NCBI RefSeq assembly: GCF_013122565.1
Contig: NZ_CP053258.1
Direction: 5' to 3' (one strand)
Origin: Escherichia coli
Lineage (GTDB): Bacteria > Pseudomonadota > Gammaproteobacteria > Enterobacterales > Enterobacteriaceae
DNA length: 64,000 nt
Part shown: positions 61,676-64,000 of the stretch, one piece after another
How positions within the stretch are numbered: position 1 is the stretch's first letter
Layout: each line of letters begins with the position of its first letter
Program-made: the position numbers and the translations under genes
Notes under the pieces: generated by a model
The model's input: the letters and a program-made list of their open reading frames with translations, nothing else
What the model was told of the DNA's origin: nothing
Database searches by the model: none

Positions 61676-62677
61676 ATGAATAAATTCACAGAAGTTTTAC
61701 TGCTAGGTGCGGTATTACTGGCGGGATACGCCGACCGGGAAGCATACTATAACAGCGTCAGGGAAGAAGAGAGTCATGGACTGACTTCTCTGCGGGGACA
61801 GCCTGAATTACGTTACAGCGAAGATTGGTCAAGATGGCCCAGAGTGTACGGCGCTACCGCCTTATACCCCCTGTATGCTTCTGCATATTATGAATTAGTA
61901 CCGGAGCCGAAAGATGCGGATCAAACCTCACTGGCCTGGCAGGCGTATGGTCTGCAGCAAACCCGAACAGCTGAAGCCTACGATAATCTGATTAAAGGTA
62001 CTGCGACTGTTATTTTTGTCGCGCAACCTTCTGAAGGGCAGAAAAAACGTGCAGAAGAAGCGGGAGTTAAGCTGAAATATACCGCGTTTGCCCGCGAAGC
62101 CTTTGTCTTTATCGTTGATATCAAAAACCCGGTGAATTCACTCAGCGAACAGCAGGTCAAAGACATTTTTAGCGGTAAAGTGAGTCGCTGGAATAAAGTC
62201 GGTGGCAGCGACGAACGCATAAAAGTGTGGCAGCGCCCGGAAGATTCCGGTAGCCAGACGGTAATGCAAGAGTTAGTTATGCAAGGCACACCGATGTTAC
62301 CCGCTAAAAAATCAACCATGGTTGATCTTATGGGTGGGTTAATTACCGAAGTCGCCGACTATCAAAACACGCCATCTTCAATCGGTTATACCTTTTATTA
62401 TTATGTTACGCGTATGAATAGTAATATGCTCAAAATGCGCAAGCAGATCAAATTATTAGCCATCAACGGCGTCGCCCCCACTGAGGAAAATATTCGCAAC
62501 GGATCTTATCCCTATATTGTGGACGCCTATATGGTGACCCGTGAAAATCCAGCACCGGAAACGCAAAAGTTTGTCGACTGTTTTTTAAGCCCGCAGGGGC
62601 AACAGTTGGTGCAGGATGTGGGGTATGTGCCTTTATACCCGATTACGAACTCTCGTAAAAAGGATTTTGAAAAATGA
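61676..62677 (+). CDS. Secreted PstS-like substrate-binding protein, paralog of the upstream gene
   Basis: 333 aa with signal peptide (MNKFTEVLLLGAVLLAGYA). Confidence 0.6.
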   Translation: MNKFTEVLLLGAVLLAGYADREAYYNSVREEESHGLTSLRGQPELRYSEDWSRWPRVYGATALYPLYASAYYELVPEPKDADQTSLAWQAYGLQQTRTAEAYDNLIKGTATVIFVAQPSEGQKKRAEEAGVKLKYTAFAREAFVFIVDIKNPVNSLSEQQVKDIFSGKVSRWNKVGGSDERIKVWQRPEDSGSQTVMQELVMQGTPMLPAKKSTMVDLMGGLITEVADYQNTPSSIGYTFYYYVTRMNSNMLKMRKQIKLLAINGVAPTEENIRNGSYPYIVDAYMVTRENPAPETQKFVDCFLSPQGQQLVQDVGYVPLYPITNSRKKDFEK

Positions 62678-62952
62678 AAATATCAATAAGTAAACTTAGT
62701 GAATTTAAAAAGGTTTCTTTATTATTTCTGGCCTACTCATTATTTATTACTGCTGGGTGTGTCAGTCATCAGAATGTTACTGAAAGTATAAAAGAAAAAC
62801 AGAGTTATAATATTACAAGGATACAGGGGAAACCCGTATTACAAATTCCCGAAAAGGAAGCAACGTGGTTGACCGTGGCGAGGGCCACTACGTTATATCC
62901 ATTGTACTCTTCGGCATATCACATGGTTATAGTTGAACCCAGTGGACACTGA
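62674..62952 (+). pseudogene. Truncated third copy of the PstS-like family (N-terminal ~90 aa only); possibly the yzgL-equivalent remnant
   Basis: 92-aa ORF with lipobox (ITAGC) and the family N-terminal motif TTLYPLYSSAY, then terminates. Confidence 0.45.
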
Positions 62953-63027
62953 TTCTGATAATATAGAAAAATCAATGATTAACGTCTCTGTTAATATGGG
63001 TATTACTCAGTAAAGGTAAGAAAAATT

Positions 63028-63219
63028 ATGCTGAAACGATTATTTTTTATTATTCTTATTTTATCCGCAACGGGATGTTCTATTGTTGACACCTCTCTGG
63101 AGAAAAAAGACTTACTTAATTTATCTGTATATGAAAATAATATTGTTGATAATTCAGTGTTAATAAGAGTTGTAGCCAGTCAAAAGGTAAAAGAGACCTG
63201 GTATATATGCAACGAATAA
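63028..63219 (+). CDS. Small hypothetical lipoprotein in an AT-rich segment
   Basis: 63-aa ORF with lipobox LSATGC. Confidence 0.35.
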   Translation: MLKRLFFIILILSATGCSIVDTSLEKKDLLNLSVYENNIVDNSVLIRVVASQKVKETWYICNE

Positions 63220-63671
63220 TAGAAAAAGCTTTAACGGTTTTGCTTATGATTTACGCCGGATCAGCAGCTGCCGAAGGTAAAGTGAACGATTTATGCCACA
63301 TAGGTGATCGTGTAGATAAACTTGAGATTACAAATTATCCTCATGATTACGAGTCGCTAGTTGCAGTTGATGAGAAGCGATTGAATGAAATTTATAAATA
63401 CAAGGTTGAAATTACCTATCTTGATAATAAAGAAAGTAAAAAAATTGTTGAACTATTACAAATGGATTATGCGGAACAAGAAGAAAATGTTACTGATGTG
63501 AGGTGGCGGGTGAATATCACTTCATATGGAAATAAAAAATGTGATATCTATTTTGATGGTTTTGGCTTATGTGGAAAAATTAATGGTGAGAATGTCTGTT
63601 TCAGGCATAACGAAATGATACGGTGGATTGAGTCTCATATTTCTGTATTTCTACATAGTGTTAACGAATGA
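63207..63671 (+). CDS. Hypothetical secreted protein in an AT-rich segment
   Basis: 154-aa ORF with signal peptide (LLMIYAGSAAA); no recognisable family. Confidence 0.4.
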   Translation: MQRIIEKALTVLLMIYAGSAAAEGKVNDLCHIGDRVDKLEITNYPHDYESLVAVDEKRLNEIYKYKVEITYLDNKESKKIVELLQMDYAEQEENVTDVRWRVNITSYGNKKCDIYFDGFGLCGKINGENVCFRHNEMIRWIESHISVFLHSVNE

Positions 63672-63690
63672 ATGTGAAAAAGGAATTTAT

Positions 63691-64000
63691 ATGCAATTTT
63701 TATTTAAAAATAATAAATTATTTTTTATAAGGATAAGGTTAGTTTCGGTTATTTTATTTTTATTTATGAGTACTTCCTTGTATGCTAAAAATCCATGTGA
63801 AGGACTTAAAGGTGATTTACCTGCGGCGCAGTTAATTCCACTTAAGAAAAATATTGCCAGGCAGTTGAATTCTGAAATGGAACAGGTAGTAGAAGTTAAT
63901 AAAGTTGAAATATTATCTTTCGATACCTTGCAGGAATGGTCAATTGTTGGTGTCGCTACCGGAGTATCAGATGATGCATTGTTAATTTATAAAGGGAATA
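63691..64000 (+). CDS. Hypothetical secreted protein, 5' part (continues beyond the window)
   Basis: Open frame from the ATG at 63691 to the window end; N-terminal hydrophobic signal-like segment; AT-rich. Confidence 0.35.
   Translation, partial: MQFLFKNNKLFFIRIRLVSVILFLFMSTSLYAKNPCEGLKGDLPAAQLIPLKKNIARQLNSEMEQVVEVNKVEILSFDTLQEWSIVGVATGVSDDALLIYKGN

Overview
This window is an Escherichia coli-type chromosomal backbone, in reverse orientation relative to the K-12 map (roughly the rbbA-yhhJ / nik / zntA / ftsYEX-rpoH / liv / ugp / ggt / gnt / asd / glg region). Gene identities were assigned by reading the supplied six-frame translations against remembered protein families and K-12 gene order; no database search was run. 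Core content: rbbA (3' end), yhhJ, nikABCDE-nikR, acpT, yhhT, yhhS, dcrB, yhhQ, tusA, zntA, yhhN, yhhM, yhhL, rsmD, ftsYEX, rpoH, livJ, panM, livKHMGF, ugpBAECQ, yhhA, ggt, yhhY, the RyhB sRNA, yhhX, yhhW, gntRKU, yhgN, asd and glgBXCAP. No rRNA, tRNA, CRISPR array or transposase gene was seen. Several short accessory segments interrupt this backbone where K-12, as I remember it, has nothing or something different. The most striking is a translationally coupled pair between gntU and yhgN: a RecQ-like helicase fused to a C-terminal phosphoribosyltransferase-like domain, followed by a DprA/Smf-like protein (45143-48441). It resembles the PsyrTA/RqlHI and ShosTA toxin-antitoxin/defence families and is my best candidate for the system of interest. 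The other accessory segments are a HicA/HicB-like pair where K-12 carries rhsB, a two-ORF insert between tusA and zntA, a DUF1778/GNAT toxin-antitoxin pair between livJ and panM, a PLDc_N-plus-helical-repeat membrane protein between livF and ugpB, and a decaying tandem array of PstS-like binding proteins plus an AT-rich cluster of small secreted ORFs after glgP. The K-12 yhhZ-yrhA-IS1-yrhB segment is absent between ggt and yhhY.
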